In this document: piece after piece, positions 27,303 through 37,603 of the stretch | Layout of the letters: the number at the start of each line of letters is the position of its first letter | Position numbering within the stretch: position 1 is the first letter of the stretch | Origin: Gemmatimonadales bacterium | Lineage (GTDB): Bacteria; Gemmatimonadota; Gemmatimonadetes; Gemmatimonadales; GWC2-71-9 | Direction: 5' to 3' | DNA length: 64,000 nucleotides | Assembly (NCBI GenBank): GCA_039794085.1 | Contig: JBDIWC010000007.1 | Span: forward strand, 1 to 64,000 | Translations under genes and position numbers: made by a program | Notes under the pieces: model-generated | What the model saw: the letters and a program-made list of their open reading frames with translations, nothing else | The model's database searches: none | What the model was told of the DNA's origin: nothing

Positions 27303-28540
27303 CGGTGCACACCCGCCGGTCGGAGTGCCGGGTGTGCCAGTCCGCCCTGCCGGCTCCTTTCCTCTCCCTGGGACCCACTCCCCTGGCCAACAGCTTCCTC
27401 CGCCGTCTCGAGGATGCCACCGGGGAGCGCTCGTTCCCCCTGGATGTCGCCTTGTGTGGCGAGTGTGGATTGGTTCAGCTTCTGGATGTCATTGATCCTG
27501 AGGTCCTTTTCCGGGATTATATCTACGTGTCGGGCACCTCCACGACGATGTCCAACCACCTCGAAGCCTACGCGCGGGATGTCACCTCGCGGCTCTCGCT
27601 CGGCCCGAACGACCTGGTGGTGGAAATCGCCAGCAACGATGGAACGCTGCTCCGGCATTTTCGCGAGGCCGGCATCCGGACCCTCGGTGTCGAGCCGGCC
27701 CGAAACATCGCGGCGATCGCCCGGGAGCGCGGCATCGAGACGGTGGAGGAGTTCTTCGACTCCCGCGTGGGCGGCCACCTGCGGGACATCCACGGGCCCG
27801 CGCGGGCGGTGCTCGCCAACAATGTGCTGGCCCACGTGGACGACCCCCGCGACTTCCTGCGCGGTGCTGCCAACCTCCTGGCGCCCGACGGCATGGTGGT
27901 CATCGAAGTTCCCTCCCTGGCTGAACTCGTGGCCCGTCTCGAGTACGACACGATCTACCACGAGCATCTGTCCTACTTCTCGATCACCGCTCTTTGCCGT
28001 CTCTGCGATGCCGTCGGGCTGCGAGTGGTTCACGTGGAGCAGGTTCCGGTGCATGGAGGGAGTCTGCGCGTCTATGCCACACTCCCCCACGGAAACAACG
28101 GTCACGCCGCCGAGGTGTGCCGACTGGCCGAGGAGGAGGTGACGGCTGGCCTGACGTCAGACAACCGCTTCGCCGCTCTGGCGCGTGATGTACAGGCCCA
28201 CCGGGAGGCGGTGCGAACCCTCCTGCAGGACCTCGCGTCCCAAGGGGCAACCCTGGCGGCCTACGGGGCACCGGCCAAGGGGAACACCCTGCTTAACTAT
28301 TGCCAGCTCGACTCCGAGTTGCTCCCCTTCACGGTGGATCGCTCTCCCTTCAAGGTGGGCACCTGGACGCCCGGGATGCACCTGCCGGTCCGCGCCGTGG
28401 AGGACCTCGATCTTGTGCAACCGGAGTACATCCTGATTCTGGCCTGGAATGTCGCGGAGGAGATCATGGCCCAATTGCCGCAACACCGTCACCGGGGGGG
28501 GCGGTTCATTCTTCCAATCCCGCACCCCCGGATCGTGTGA
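27299..28540 (+). CDS. NDP-sugar C-methyltransferase family protein
   Basis: Zn site CRVC...CGEC; EIASNDG; YDTIYHEH; HGGSLR; YGAPAKGNT; ILAWN. Confidence 0.93.
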   Translation: MTVHTRRSECRVCQSALPAPFLSLGPTPLANSFLRRLEDATGERSFPLDVALCGECGLVQLLDVIDPEVLFRDYIYVSGTSTTMSNHLEAYARDVTSRLSLGPNDLVVEIASNDGTLLRHFREAGIRTLGVEPARNIAAIARERGIETVEEFFDSRVGGHLRDIHGPARAVLANNVLAHVDDPRDFLRGAANLLAPDGMVVIEVPSLAELVARLEYDTIYHEHLSYFSITALCRLCDAVGLRVVHVEQVPVHGGSLRVYATLPHGNNGHAAEVCRLAEEEVTAGLTSDNRFAALARDVQAHREAVRTLLQDLASQGATLAAYGAPAKGNTLLNYCQLDSELLPFTVDRSPFKVGTWTPGMHLPVRAVEDLDLVQPEYILILAWNVAEEIMAQLPQHRHRGGRFILPIPHPRIV

Positions 28541-28542
28541 CG

Positions 28543-29313
28543 ATGCGCGTCGTCATTCTGGCCGGCGGGAGGGGCACCCGCCTCGCGGAGGAGTCCACCA
28601 CCAGACCGAAGCCGATGGTCGAGATCGGGGGACGTCCCATTCTCTGGCACATTCTCCAGCTCTACGCGCGTCACGGTCATCGGGATTTCGTCGTGGCCTG
28701 CGGCTATCGGGGAGAGGTGATCAAGGAGTACTTCCATGGCTACGCGATCCAGAACAGCGATTTCACCATCGACCTGGCGAGCGGGGCCACGGAGATTCTG
28801 TCCCGTCCCGCCGAGGGGTGGCGCGTCAGTGTGATCGACACCGGCTTGGACACCATGACGGCGGGGCGCATCCGCCGACTGCGGGCCCACCTTGGTGAGG
28901 AGCCCTTCATGGTGACCTATGGGGACGGTCTGGGCAGCATCGACATTTCGGCGCTGCTGGCGTTTCACCGGGCGCAGGGGAGACTCGCCACCGTCACGGC
29001 GGTGCGCCCGCCCGCGCGCTTCGGCGATCTCCTCCTGTCGGGCGGCGCGGTGACGGCCTTCACCGAAAAGCCCCAGACCGGAGCCGGGTGGATCAATGGA
29101 GGTTTCTTCGTTTTCGAGCCTGGCGTTTTCGATTACCTGACCGGTGACGATGTGAGCCTGGAACGGGAGCCGCTGGAGCGGCTGGCAGCCGATGGTCAGT
29201 TGTCCGCCTTCGAGCATCACGGTTTCTGGCAGCCGATGGACACGCTGCGGGAGAAGCAGCTTCTGGAGCAGCTCTGGGCCTCGGGGCGAGCGCCCTGGAT
29301 GGTGACACCATGA
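28543..29313 (+). CDS. rfbF: Glucose-1-phosphate cytidylyltransferase
   Basis: ILAGGRGTRL, PKPMVEIG, TYGDG, WINGGFF, FWQPMDTLRE. Confidence 0.95.
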   Translation: MRVVILAGGRGTRLAEESTTRPKPMVEIGGRPILWHILQLYARHGHRDFVVACGYRGEVIKEYFHGYAIQNSDFTIDLASGATEILSRPAEGWRVSVIDTGLDTMTAGRIRRLRAHLGEEPFMVTYGDGLGSIDISALLAFHRAQGRLATVTAVRPPARFGDLLLSGGAVTAFTEKPQTGAGWINGGFFVFEPGVFDYLTGDDVSLEREPLERLAADGQLSAFEHHGFWQPMDTLREKQLLEQLWASGRAPWMVTP

Positions 29314-30305
29314 GCAGCACAGGCTGGGATCACCGCCGGGTGTTCGTCACCGGCGCCACCGGCCTCCTCGGGAGTGCGATGACCGAAGAGCTGGTGCACC
29401 GCGGAGCCGAGGTGACCATTCTCCTCCGGGATTGGGTCCCGACGAGTCGCCTGGTCCGCACCGGATTGTTGGAACGGGTTCAGGTGGTGCATGGTGCGCT
29501 CGAGGATGCCGACACCGTGCTCCGCGCCCTCAACGAGTACGAGATCGACACGGTGTTCCACCTCGGGGCACAAACTATCGTGGGCACGGCCTCGCGGTCG
29601 GTCCTGTCCACGTTCGAGGCGAACATCCGTGGCACCTGGAACGTGATGGAAGCGTGCCGGATCTGCCAGCGCCGGGTGGAGCGGGTGCTCGTGGCCTCCA
29701 GCGACAAGGCCTATGGGTCGCACGACCAGCTCCCGTACACGGAGGAGACACCGCTGCAGGGCCGCTTTCCGTACGACGTCTCCAAGTCCTGCGCCGACCT
29801 CATCGCCCTGGCCTACTACCACACCTGGGGGGTTCCGGTGGCGGTCACCCGCTGCGGCAACCTCTACGGCCCGGGAGATCTCAACTACAACCGGCTGATC
29901 CCGGGCACGATCCGATCGGTGCTGCGCGGGGAGGCCCCCGTGATCCGGAGTGACGGGACCTTCATTCGCGACTACTTCTACGTGCGGGACGCGGTCACAG
30001 CCTATCTGGCTCTGGCCGACCGCATCCCCGGGGAGGGATTCACGGGGGAGGCCTTCAATTTCGGCAACGAAACACCGGTGTCGGTCGTCGAGGTGGTGAC
30101 GCGGATCCTGCGGCTCCTGGGACGGGAGGACCTGCACCCGGTGATCCTCAACGAAGCCACGCACGAGATACCCCGGCAGTTTCTCAACTGCAGCAAGGCT
30201 CGAACACGCCTGGGATGGCGGCCCGATCATGACCTGGATACCGGCCTGCGGCACGCCATCGAGTGGTATCGAGACGCGTGGCCCGATCCCTCGCGCGGGC
30301 CATGA
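29310..30305 (+). CDS. NDP-sugar 4,6-dehydratase (CDP-glucose dehydratase-like)
   Basis: VTGATGLLG, ASSDKAYG, YDVSK, RCGNLYGPGD; follows rfbF. Confidence 0.88.
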   Translation: MSSTGWDHRRVFVTGATGLLGSAMTEELVHRGAEVTILLRDWVPTSRLVRTGLLERVQVVHGALEDADTVLRALNEYEIDTVFHLGAQTIVGTASRSVLSTFEANIRGTWNVMEACRICQRRVERVLVASSDKAYGSHDQLPYTEETPLQGRFPYDVSKSCADLIALAYYHTWGVPVAVTRCGNLYGPGDLNYNRLIPGTIRSVLRGEAPVIRSDGTFIRDYFYVRDAVTAYLALADRIPGEGFTGEAFNFGNETPVSVVEVVTRILRLLGREDLHPVILNEATHEIPRQFLNCSKARTRLGWRPDHDLDTGLRHAIEWYRDAWPDPSRGP

Positions 30306-30871
30306 GCCATGCATCATCCGAGGGTGCCGGGCCGCGTCCCTTGTGTGTCGACCTCGATGGAACGCTGGTGGCCGGAGACCTGCTCGTCGAGTCCCTGCGG
30401 ATGGTGGCGGGTTCCCCGCGGTTCCTCCTCGGGTGTCCCCTCCACCTGGCGCGGGGACGAGCCCCTTTCAAAGCCTGGGTGGCGCGCCAGGTCCTGCCCG
30501 ATCTGGAACTCCTGCCGTGGCACCAACCATTTCTCGCGTGGCTTCGCAGCGCCCGGCAGGCGGGCCGTCCCCTCCTCCTGGCCACCGCAGCCGATTCCCG
30601 GGTGGCCCACGCCGTGGCCGAGTTTCTCGGCCTCTTCGATGCCGTCCTGGCCTCGGATGGGGTCACCAATCTCAAGGGGTCCCGCAAGGCTGCTGCCTTG
30701 GAGTCCCGCTATGGCAGTGGTCGGTACGTGTATGCGGGCAACAGTCGAGCCGACCTGCCGGTGTGGCGCTCCGCCCGCCATGCGGTGGTGGTCAATTCCT
30801 CCGCGAGGCTGCTCGCCCGCGTGCGCGCCCTCGCGGAGGTGGAGGCCGTATTCCCGCCCCCGATTCCGTGA
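30302..30871 (+). CDS. HAD-like hydrolase of the type usually fused N-terminally to UbiA prenyltransferases
   Basis: PLCVDLDGTL, LATA, ASDGVTNLKG, YAGNSRADLPVW. Confidence 0.88.
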   Translation: MSHASSEGAGPRPLCVDLDGTLVAGDLLVESLRMVAGSPRFLLGCPLHLARGRAPFKAWVARQVLPDLELLPWHQPFLAWLRSARQAGRPLLLATAADSRVAHAVAEFLGLFDAVLASDGVTNLKGSRKAAALESRYGSGRYVYAGNSRADLPVWRSARHAVVVNSSARLLARVRALAEVEAVFPPPIP

Positions 30872-30967
30872 GACCATGATCATGGCCCGCCGACCGCGCG
30901 TCACCCCAGCCACCATCCCCTTCCGACCGCGGTGGTTCGAGAAGCGTCTGCCGGACGCCCCACGCTG

Positions 30968-32431
30968 ATGCTGAAAGTTTTTCTCACCATCGGCCTTCTC
31001 CAGGTGCTCACGATGCTCGTCCAGCTCGTGAAGACCAAGTCGCTCGCCCTGCTCCTGGGTCCCGACCTGGTGGGCGTCATGGCTGTCATCGACAAGCTCC
31101 TCGCCGTCGTCGTGCAGACAGTGTCGCTGTCGCTGCCCTTTGCCGCACTGCGGTTCCTGCCCGCCCTGTGGGCAAAGAACCCGCTCGCCTTTCGCGTGCA
31201 GTTCCTCCGCATGCGGAACGTGCTGGTTGTCACAACCGTCGTCGCACTGGCGGCGACACTGTTGGTGACGGCGGTGCGGCCGGCCACATGGGGCGCCCAG
31301 CTGCTCCCCTACCGTGAGATCCTCCTGTATGCCTTGCTCGGTCTTCCGGTTCTGGCGCTGATCCCCTTCCTCCAGAATGCGATGGCGGGGCGCCTGGAGC
31401 ACAACCGCGCCATGCTCATCGCCCTGGGGCACGCATCCGTCCTCGCCGCCGCCTCGGCCGGGGTTCTGTGGAAAGGACTGTCCGGGTTCTACCTTCTGTA
31501 CGCCGGACTGGGACTCGCGCTCGTGGTGGCGGCAGGGCGTGCCGTGCTCCGCATGCCAGCGGGAACTCCGGCGTCAGCTCCCGGGGGCCCCCGGTTTCCC
31601 CTTGCGCTGCCACGACCCGTCTGGCGGTTCTCCGGGGCCCTGTTCAGTCTGGCCGTCATCGCCCCGTACGCGGCCCTCTTCGTGCATTACCGGGTCTTGC
31701 AGGATCACGGGGCCGAGACGGCGGGATGGATGGCGGCGGCCATCGGCATCGGCCTGGCGGTCCGCGGGGTCCTGGGATCGGCCCATCCGGTCTTCCTGAC
31801 ACCCCATATCAACCGTCCGGGCTCGGCCGCCGACCGCATGGCCTGGGCCAACGCCTTTCAAACCACCCTCTGTTTTCTGGCCGCCCTGGCTCTTCCACCG
31901 CTGTTGCTGTTCCCGGCCCTGGCGGTGCGGATCCTCTACTCGGGGGCGTTCGTCCCCGGCGCGGTGTTTGTGGGTCTCTTCGTCCTGACCGAGATTGTGA
32001 CGCTGCTCGCCGGCACCTATGGCGGCCTGGTGGTCGCCCTCGACGACTTGCGTTTCCACGTCATCCAGAATGTCGTCGCCCAGGTGCTGATCGTGGTAAT
32101 CGCCTTCGGGTTGGTCGCACCGTTGGGCATTCTGGGAGCGGGACTCGCCTTGCTCGCCGGACCCGTGTTCCTGCTGGGCGCGACCACAGCCTTCCTTCAC
32201 CTCCGCCACGGCATCACGGTTCCTGCGCGCGTATTCCTGCTCATGGGGCTCCTGGTGGCGAGTGTGGTCGCGGCGGGCTTCGCCGGGGCATCGTGGCCGG
32301 AGTTCACAGGGCCGGTGCTGGCCCTCAAGGCCGGCGTCTACCTGGTCGTCCTGGGGCTGTTTACCGCACTCCTGACCGCGGAGGAGCGGTCGCGCGTGCG
32401 CCTTCTGTTGTCGAAGCCACCGATCCGATGA
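30968..32431 (+). CDS. Wzx-like oligosaccharide flippase
   Basis: About 12-14 TMs; KSLALLLGPDLVGV; RILYSGAF; PLGILGAGLA. Confidence 0.8.
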   Translation: MLKVFLTIGLLQVLTMLVQLVKTKSLALLLGPDLVGVMAVIDKLLAVVVQTVSLSLPFAALRFLPALWAKNPLAFRVQFLRMRNVLVVTTVVALAATLLVTAVRPATWGAQLLPYREILLYALLGLPVLALIPFLQNAMAGRLEHNRAMLIALGHASVLAAASAGVLWKGLSGFYLLYAGLGLALVVAAGRAVLRMPAGTPASAPGGPRFPLALPRPVWRFSGALFSLAVIAPYAALFVHYRVLQDHGAETAGWMAAAIGIGLAVRGVLGSAHPVFLTPHINRPGSAADRMAWANAFQTTLCFLAALALPPLLLFPALAVRILYSGAFVPGAVFVGLFVLTEIVTLLAGTYGGLVVALDDLRFHVIQNVVAQVLIVVIAFGLVAPLGILGAGLALLAGPVFLLGATTAFLHLRHGITVPARVFLLMGLLVASVVAAGFAGASWPEFTGPVLALKAGVYLVVLGLFTALLTAEERSRVRLLLSKPPIR

Positions 32432-33207
32432 ACAGGTTCGGGCAGGGCCGGGGAAGAGAGCCCCGGCAGCGTGAGGAGGGCCCCCGGGAGGTGGTGTCCG
32501 TGACACGCCGTGTCCGATTCTTTCTCTGGATCACGATCCACAAGTGGACCGGCATCGGGATGGGAGCGGTGGTAATTGTCTGGGTCCTCAGCACGTTCGC
32601 GCTGCTCCTCGATTCCGAATCGTCCGCACCACCTCCCGCTGCCGAGCTGGTGTCCGCCCTGGTGATCTCGCCGGCGGAGGCCATTCGGCGCTCGGCGCTC
32701 CCCGAGGACACCGCTGTGGTGACCGGCCTCTCCCTCCAGCCACTCGGTGACCGTATCGTCTGGCGGGTGCAACGCCGGGGACGGCCCGCGGTCCTGGTGA
32801 ACGGGGCGACAGGCGATCCCGTCACCATGATGTCCGATCTGGCCGCGGTCGTGGCCCGGCGCGCGACTTCCGGAGAAGTGAATTCGGTGACTTTCCAGGA
32901 GACCCATTCGGCCGACTACCCCGCGGGACGGATCCCGGTGTACCGGGTGGATCTGGCAGACGGCCGGTCCGTCTTCGTCTCCGCGAGTGACGGATCCGTG
33001 GTCGTGCGACACCGGGGATTCTGGTCCCGCACCCGGATCGGCGACCTGCACACCTTCGACCCGATGCGCCTCCTTCCTCGGGGCAACGAGATCCGGGTGG
33101 GATCGCTGCTCCTGACGGGCGGGATCTCCCTCCTGCTGTCGGTAACAGGATTTGTCCTCTGGTCTCTGCGGCTTCGTCCGTTCCGACGCCGGAGGTCCAT
33201 CCGATGA
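32428..33207 (+). CDS. PepSY-associated TM protein
   Basis: IHKWTG before TM1; ISPAEA, VLVNGATG, FVSASDGSV PepSY-like repeats; DLHTFD before the final TM. Confidence 0.75.
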   Translation: MNRFGQGRGREPRQREEGPREVVSVTRRVRFFLWITIHKWTGIGMGAVVIVWVLSTFALLLDSESSAPPPAAELVSALVISPAEAIRRSALPEDTAVVTGLSLQPLGDRIVWRVQRRGRPAVLVNGATGDPVTMMSDLAAVVARRATSGEVNSVTFQETHSADYPAGRIPVYRVDLADGRSVFVSASDGSVVVRHRGFWSRTRIGDLHTFDPMRLLPRGNEIRVGSLLLTGGISLLLSVTGFVLWSLRLRPFRRRRSIR

Positions 33208-33923
33208 CCTACCGGGCATGGTTTCAGGTGCACCGCTGGATCAGCGTGGGTCTCGGTCTGCTGCTCGTGTTCTGGCTGGCCAGCGGCATGGTCATGGTCC
33301 TGCCGATGCCCGGACTCTTCTACCGTGGACCGGGAACCTCGGGCGTGACTCCCCCCTTCGACGACTATGGGATGGCCCCGGCGACCGCGGCCGACGGCGC
33401 CGGGACGATCACCGGAGAGAGTCCGGTGGGCATCACCTGGGAGCGTCTGCGGGATGGGATGGTGTACGTGGTGCGCTTTGCGGGGCATTCCCCCGTGGTG
33501 CTGGATGCAGCCACCGGAGAGCGCGTGCATCTGACGCCCGAGCTCGCCGAAGCCATTGCCCGTGATGTGCTGGGTCCGGAGGTACTACTCCGACGGATCG
33601 ACACCGTGACTCGCCAACACACGGCGTACGCCTACGGCGAGCTGCCGGCCTGGCGGCTCCAGTTTGGCGATCGGAAGGGCACAGTGGCCTACGTGAGTCA
33701 GGCCACCGGGGCGCTGCATTTCACGACCCGGGACAGCCGGTTCAAGACGTGGGCAGCCGAGTGGCATCTGGGCCGTCCCCTCACCTATGATGGCGCGCCG
33801 GAGTTCTGGCGTCAGCTTGCTCTCTGGAGCACCGGGCTCATCACTCTGGCCGGACTTGTGGCGGGAGTCGTTCTGGTGCTTCCCCGGCGCTGGTTGGGTG
33901 AGCGGCCCCGGGCCTTGGATTGA
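33204..33923 (+). CDS. PepSY-associated TM protein
   Basis: VHRWIS, WLASG, VLDAATGE, YVSQATG, EWHLG, C-terminal TM. Confidence 0.8.
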   Translation: MTYRAWFQVHRWISVGLGLLLVFWLASGMVMVLPMPGLFYRGPGTSGVTPPFDDYGMAPATAADGAGTITGESPVGITWERLRDGMVYVVRFAGHSPVVLDAATGERVHLTPELAEAIARDVLGPEVLLRRIDTVTRQHTAYAYGELPAWRLQFGDRKGTVAYVSQATGALHFTTRDSRFKTWAAEWHLGRPLTYDGAPEFWRQLALWSTGLITLAGLVAGVVLVLPRRWLGERPRALD

Positions 33924-33996
33924 CGGGGCAGATCAGTTTTGCTCCCCGGACGAGCGATCGACGTCTCAGCGCGCAGCTCCGAACGAATGGGGCGCA

Positions 33997-34012
33997 GGGC
34001 ATGACACTTGCG
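33997..34012 (+). promoter_or_regulatory. Sigma54 -24/-12 promoter
   Basis: GGGCATGACACTTGCG, 34 nt before ATG 34046. Confidence 0.65.
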
Positions 34013-34045
34013 TCTCGACAGTCTTTCACTCGCAGGCCAATCGCC

Positions 34046-35056
34046 ATGGTTCCGCCACTCGCCCAGTCGCATGTCTGCGTGGTTTGTCACGGACCACTCA
34101 CCCCCCTCCGCCGGTATCGTCGCGACGGTGGACGGGGCCGCGCCCTGTTCGGTGGAGCCCATGTGAGCCGGTGTGCCGAGTGCCTGCTGGTCCAGGTCAC
34201 CCCGCTGCCAAGTGCCGACCAACTCGAGGCCTATTACGCGCAGACCTATCGCTCCGGCGGTCGTCATGGGGCTGACGAGGCGGATCTTTCAACCTTTCCC
34301 CGCGACAACCTCTTCTTCTATCATCGCGGCCAATCGGTGGTGGACCTGGTGTCCTCCCACCTGCGGCCCCCCCCGAACCGCCCCCTCCGGGTGCTCGATG
34401 CGGGGGCCGGCTTCGGGCACACGCTGGAGGCCGTGGCCGAGCGATACCCCACCGCCACGCGAGAGGCCGTGGAAATTTCCGGAGTCTGCATCGAACACCT
34501 GCGCGCCCACGGCGTCGAGGTGCACCCCCGGCCCATCGAAGACTGGGCCGCTGACGAGTGCGCAGCCGAGGGAAGCGGGATTCGCTACGATCTCATCATT
34601 CTGTCGCATGTCCTGGAACATGTCCGCGATCCCCACCGGGTGCTGACGCTCCTCGGTTCCCGGCTCCGGGCCGGCGGGCTGCTCTTTGTCGAGGTTCCGC
34701 ATGTGCCTCTGGAGACGCTGGAGAAATACCCCGACCATCCCTGGGCCCCGCGCTGGGACGAGCCGCACCTCACGTTCTTTTCCCGATCCTCGCTGACCTA
34801 CCTCATCCGCGTGACCGGATTCGACCCCGTGCACCTCGGGGCGGCGGGACCTGCCTATCGTTTCGTTTCTGCGCTCCGATTCCACACCCCTTCCCTGCGC
34901 ACCGTCGCCCTGCGCGCCCTGCCGGCGCCCCTGGTTCGCTTTCTTCGGCGTCGGATGGTGACCCGCCCCCTCCAGACCTTCGCCGCGCGAGAGCCCTTCG
35001 ACCGCCAGGCCCCCGACGGCATCTGGTTGCGGGCCCTCCTGCGGAGCCCCTCGTGA
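34046..35056 (+). CDS. Class I SAM-dependent methyltransferase with Zn ribbon
   Basis: CVVC...CAEC; VLDAGAGFG; SHVLEHVRDP; GGLLFVEVP; HLTFF. Confidence 0.9.
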   Translation: MVPPLAQSHVCVVCHGPLTPLRRYRRDGGRGRALFGGAHVSRCAECLLVQVTPLPSADQLEAYYAQTYRSGGRHGADEADLSTFPRDNLFFYHRGQSVVDLVSSHLRPPPNRPLRVLDAGAGFGHTLEAVAERYPTATREAVEISGVCIEHLRAHGVEVHPRPIEDWAADECAAEGSGIRYDLIILSHVLEHVRDPHRVLTLLGSRLRAGGLLFVEVPHVPLETLEKYPDHPWAPRWDEPHLTFFSRSSLTYLIRVTGFDPVHLGAAGPAYRFVSALRFHTPSLRTVALRALPAPLVRFLRRRMVTRPLQTFAAREPFDRQAPDGIWLRALLRSPS

Positions 35057-36714
35057 CCCGTTTCCTGACGTCCCGAAGGGACATCCTCCCGATGGTGCTG
35101 GTGGGCGCCGGAGCTCTTCTTCCGCCCGCGGCCCTGGCCTCCTGGCTCCGCGGCGGGGAATCGCTCCCGTCACCCACCGTGGTCCTGGGCCTGTGGCTCT
35201 TCAAGGGACTCCTGATTCTGCACGGGGTGGCGGGGCTCGTCCTTCCCCGCCTGCTGCCTCACCCGTCGGCTCGGGAGGAGGCCGAGGGGGCCGTGCCCTG
35301 GCGCTGGCTTCTCGCCCTGGTTCTCGGGGGTGTCGCGCTGCGCCTTCCGGGACTCGGAGCCGGCCTCTGGTATGACGAGATCCAGACCCTGGTGCAATAT
35401 GTCCGCCAGCCGATGGGGATGCTCGTCACCACGTTCGACAGCACCAATCAGCACCTCCTCTATTCGGTGCTGGCCCGGATCTCCATTCTGGTCGGGGGAG
35501 AATCCGCGACCACCCTCCGACTGCCGGCCGTGCTCCTCGGGGCGGCGAGCCTGGCCGCCCTCGTGGTGTGGGGCCGGCGATGGCTCCCCCCGCGCGAGGG
35601 GTGGCTCGCGGCGATTCTCCTGCTCGTGTCCTACCACCACGTCTGGTTTTCCCAGAATGCGCGGGGATACACCGGTCTTCTGCTGGGCACCCTGGTCGGA
35701 ACCACCGTGTTTCTCGACCTCCTGCGTCGACCCCCCACTCCCCGGCTGGTCTGGACCTACGCCCTTATCATGGCTCTCAGCGTCCTGACCCATGTGACGG
35801 CCCTGGTCGTGGTGGCGGCCCATGCGGCCGTATGGCTCTGGCAGATCCGGACGCTGGAGCGGGGCTCCCACCGGTGGGGACCCTTCGCAGCCCTCGCCCT
35901 CTCCGGAAGCCTGGCACTGCTCTTCTACAGCCCCGTGCTCCCCCAGCTCGTGGCTGCGCTCACCACGCCGAATCCCGATCCCGTGGCGCCGCAGTGGAAA
36001 GAGGCCGGCTGGTTCGTGCGCGAAGCCATCGAAACCCTGGTGCGGGGCGTTCCGGCGGGTGTCCTGGTGGTGCCGGTCGGACTGGGCATCGGCGTCGCCG
36101 GCGTGGTGAGTTCCTGGCGACACGACCGGGTGGTTACCGCTCTTATGCTCCTGCCGATGGTGGGAATGGCGGCCCTCCTCACAGTGGCGGGGCACAACCT
36201 CTGGCCTCGGTTCTTCTTTTTCGGGGCGGGATTCGCCGTGCTCCTGGGGGTGCGAGGAACCTTCGCAACCCTCGCAGCGCTCCTTCCCGGGGCGGGCCCC
36301 CGGCTGGGTCAGACCCTCCTGGTCGGAGCGGCCCTGGCGAGCGCAACCCTGCTGCCCCGGGCCTGGGCTCCGAAACAGGACTATGTCAGGGCCGCCGCCT
36401 GGATCGCCGAGAATCGCGCGGCGGGCGATGTCGTGGCGGTGACCGACATGACCTGGCTTCCCCTCACCCAATGGCTCGGCCGCGAATGGCCCCGCGTGGA
36501 CGAGGCCGACGCCCTCCGGATCCTGGAGACCGATTCGGCCGCCACCTGGGTGCTCACCGCCTTCCCGATCCGGCTCGCCGCGGTGGCCCCCTCCCTGGGG
36601 GCCTATCTTGCAGACCGTTATACCGCCGCGACGGTGATTCCCGGAACGGTCGGGGGTGGCGCGATCACCATTCATGTCCTTCGCCCTCCCACTCGTGAGC
36701 CAGCCCATGATTGA
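35053..36714 (+). CDS. GT-C (PMT_2/GT39-like) glycosyltransferase
   Basis: LWYDEIQT acidic loop; LRLPAV; HVWFSQNARGY; many TMs; GTGA overlap. Confidence 0.88.
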   Translation: MTRFLTSRRDILPMVLVGAGALLPPAALASWLRGGESLPSPTVVLGLWLFKGLLILHGVAGLVLPRLLPHPSAREEAEGAVPWRWLLALVLGGVALRLPGLGAGLWYDEIQTLVQYVRQPMGMLVTTFDSTNQHLLYSVLARISILVGGESATTLRLPAVLLGAASLAALVVWGRRWLPPREGWLAAILLLVSYHHVWFSQNARGYTGLLLGTLVGTTVFLDLLRRPPTPRLVWTYALIMALSVLTHVTALVVVAAHAAVWLWQIRTLERGSHRWGPFAALALSGSLALLFYSPVLPQLVAALTTPNPDPVAPQWKEAGWFVREAIETLVRGVPAGVLVVPVGLGIGVAGVVSSWRHDRVVTALMLLPMVGMAALLTVAGHNLWPRFFFFGAGFAVLLGVRGTFATLAALLPGAGPRLGQTLLVGAALASATLLPRAWAPKQDYVRAAAWIAENRAAGDVVAVTDMTWLPLTQWLGREWPRVDEADALRILETDSAATWVLTAFPIRLAAVAPSLGAYLADRYTAATVIPGTVGGGAITIHVLRPPTREPAHD

Positions 36715-37603
36715 AGCCCTGGTGGAAACCCTCGCACCGCGGCCCGCACCCACGGCGGTGTCGGTCGTGGTCCCCGCCTACAACGAGGCGGCTCACATCG
36801 CCGCGGAGATGCGGACGCTGGCCGCGGCGATGGAGAAAACAGGCTGGGACTGGGAAATTGTCGTCGTCGACGACGGATCCACCGATGGGACCGCCCAGGC
36901 GGCCGCGGCGGCTGGGGTGCGGGTTCTGCGGAGAGAACAGAACCGGGGGTACGGCGCCGCCCTCAAGGCGGGAGTGCGCGCGGCAGCGCATCCCTGGATC
37001 CTCATCACCGACGCGGATGGAACCTATCCGGTCGAGGCGATTCCGGCGCTCCTCGCCGCGGCGGACACGAGCGACATGGTGGTGGGCGCCCGGACCGGAA
37101 CCACGGTCCGGATCCCTCTGGTTCGGCGACCGGCCAAGGCCTTTCTCCGGTGGCTCGCGAGCTATCTCGCGGGACGTCCCCTCCCGGACATCAACTCCGG
37201 GATGCGGCTGATGCACCGCGCGCTTATCGAGCGATACCTCCACCTTCTTCCGGACGGCTTCTCGTTCACGACGACCATCACCCTCTCGGCGGCCTGCAAC
37301 CATCACCCGGTCACCTGGCACCCGATCGATTACCGGGCCCGGCTCGGCTCGAGCAAGATCCGGCCCCGCCATGCCTTCGACTTCACCCTCCTCATCCTCC
37401 GGGTGATCGTGGTGTTCAATCCGCTCCGCGTCTTTCTGCCTCTCGGGACACTCCTGGCGGTGGGGGGCCTGGCGAAGTTCGCCTACGACATCACGCGGGG
37501 CAATCTCTCCGAAAGCGCGGTTCTGGGAATCCTCGGGGCCCTGATCGTCTGGGCCATCGGGCTGCTGGCCGATCAGAGCGCGCGGGCGATGATGCGGCCA
37601 TGA
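36707..37603 (+). CDS. GT2 polyprenol-phosphate glycosyltransferase with two C-terminal TMs
   Basis: VPAYNE, VDDGSTDGT, NRGYGAALKAG, TDADGTY, DINSG, GFSFTTT. Confidence 0.92.
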   Translation: MIEALVETLAPRPAPTAVSVVVPAYNEAAHIAAEMRTLAAAMEKTGWDWEIVVVDDGSTDGTAQAAAAAGVRVLRREQNRGYGAALKAGVRAAAHPWILITDADGTYPVEAIPALLAAADTSDMVVGARTGTTVRIPLVRRPAKAFLRWLASYLAGRPLPDINSGMRLMHRALIERYLHLLPDGFSFTTTITLSAACNHHPVTWHPIDYRARLGSSKIRPRHAFDFTLLILRVIVVFNPLRVFLPLGTLLAVGGLAKFAYDITRGNLSESAVLGILGALIVWAIGLLADQSARAMMRP

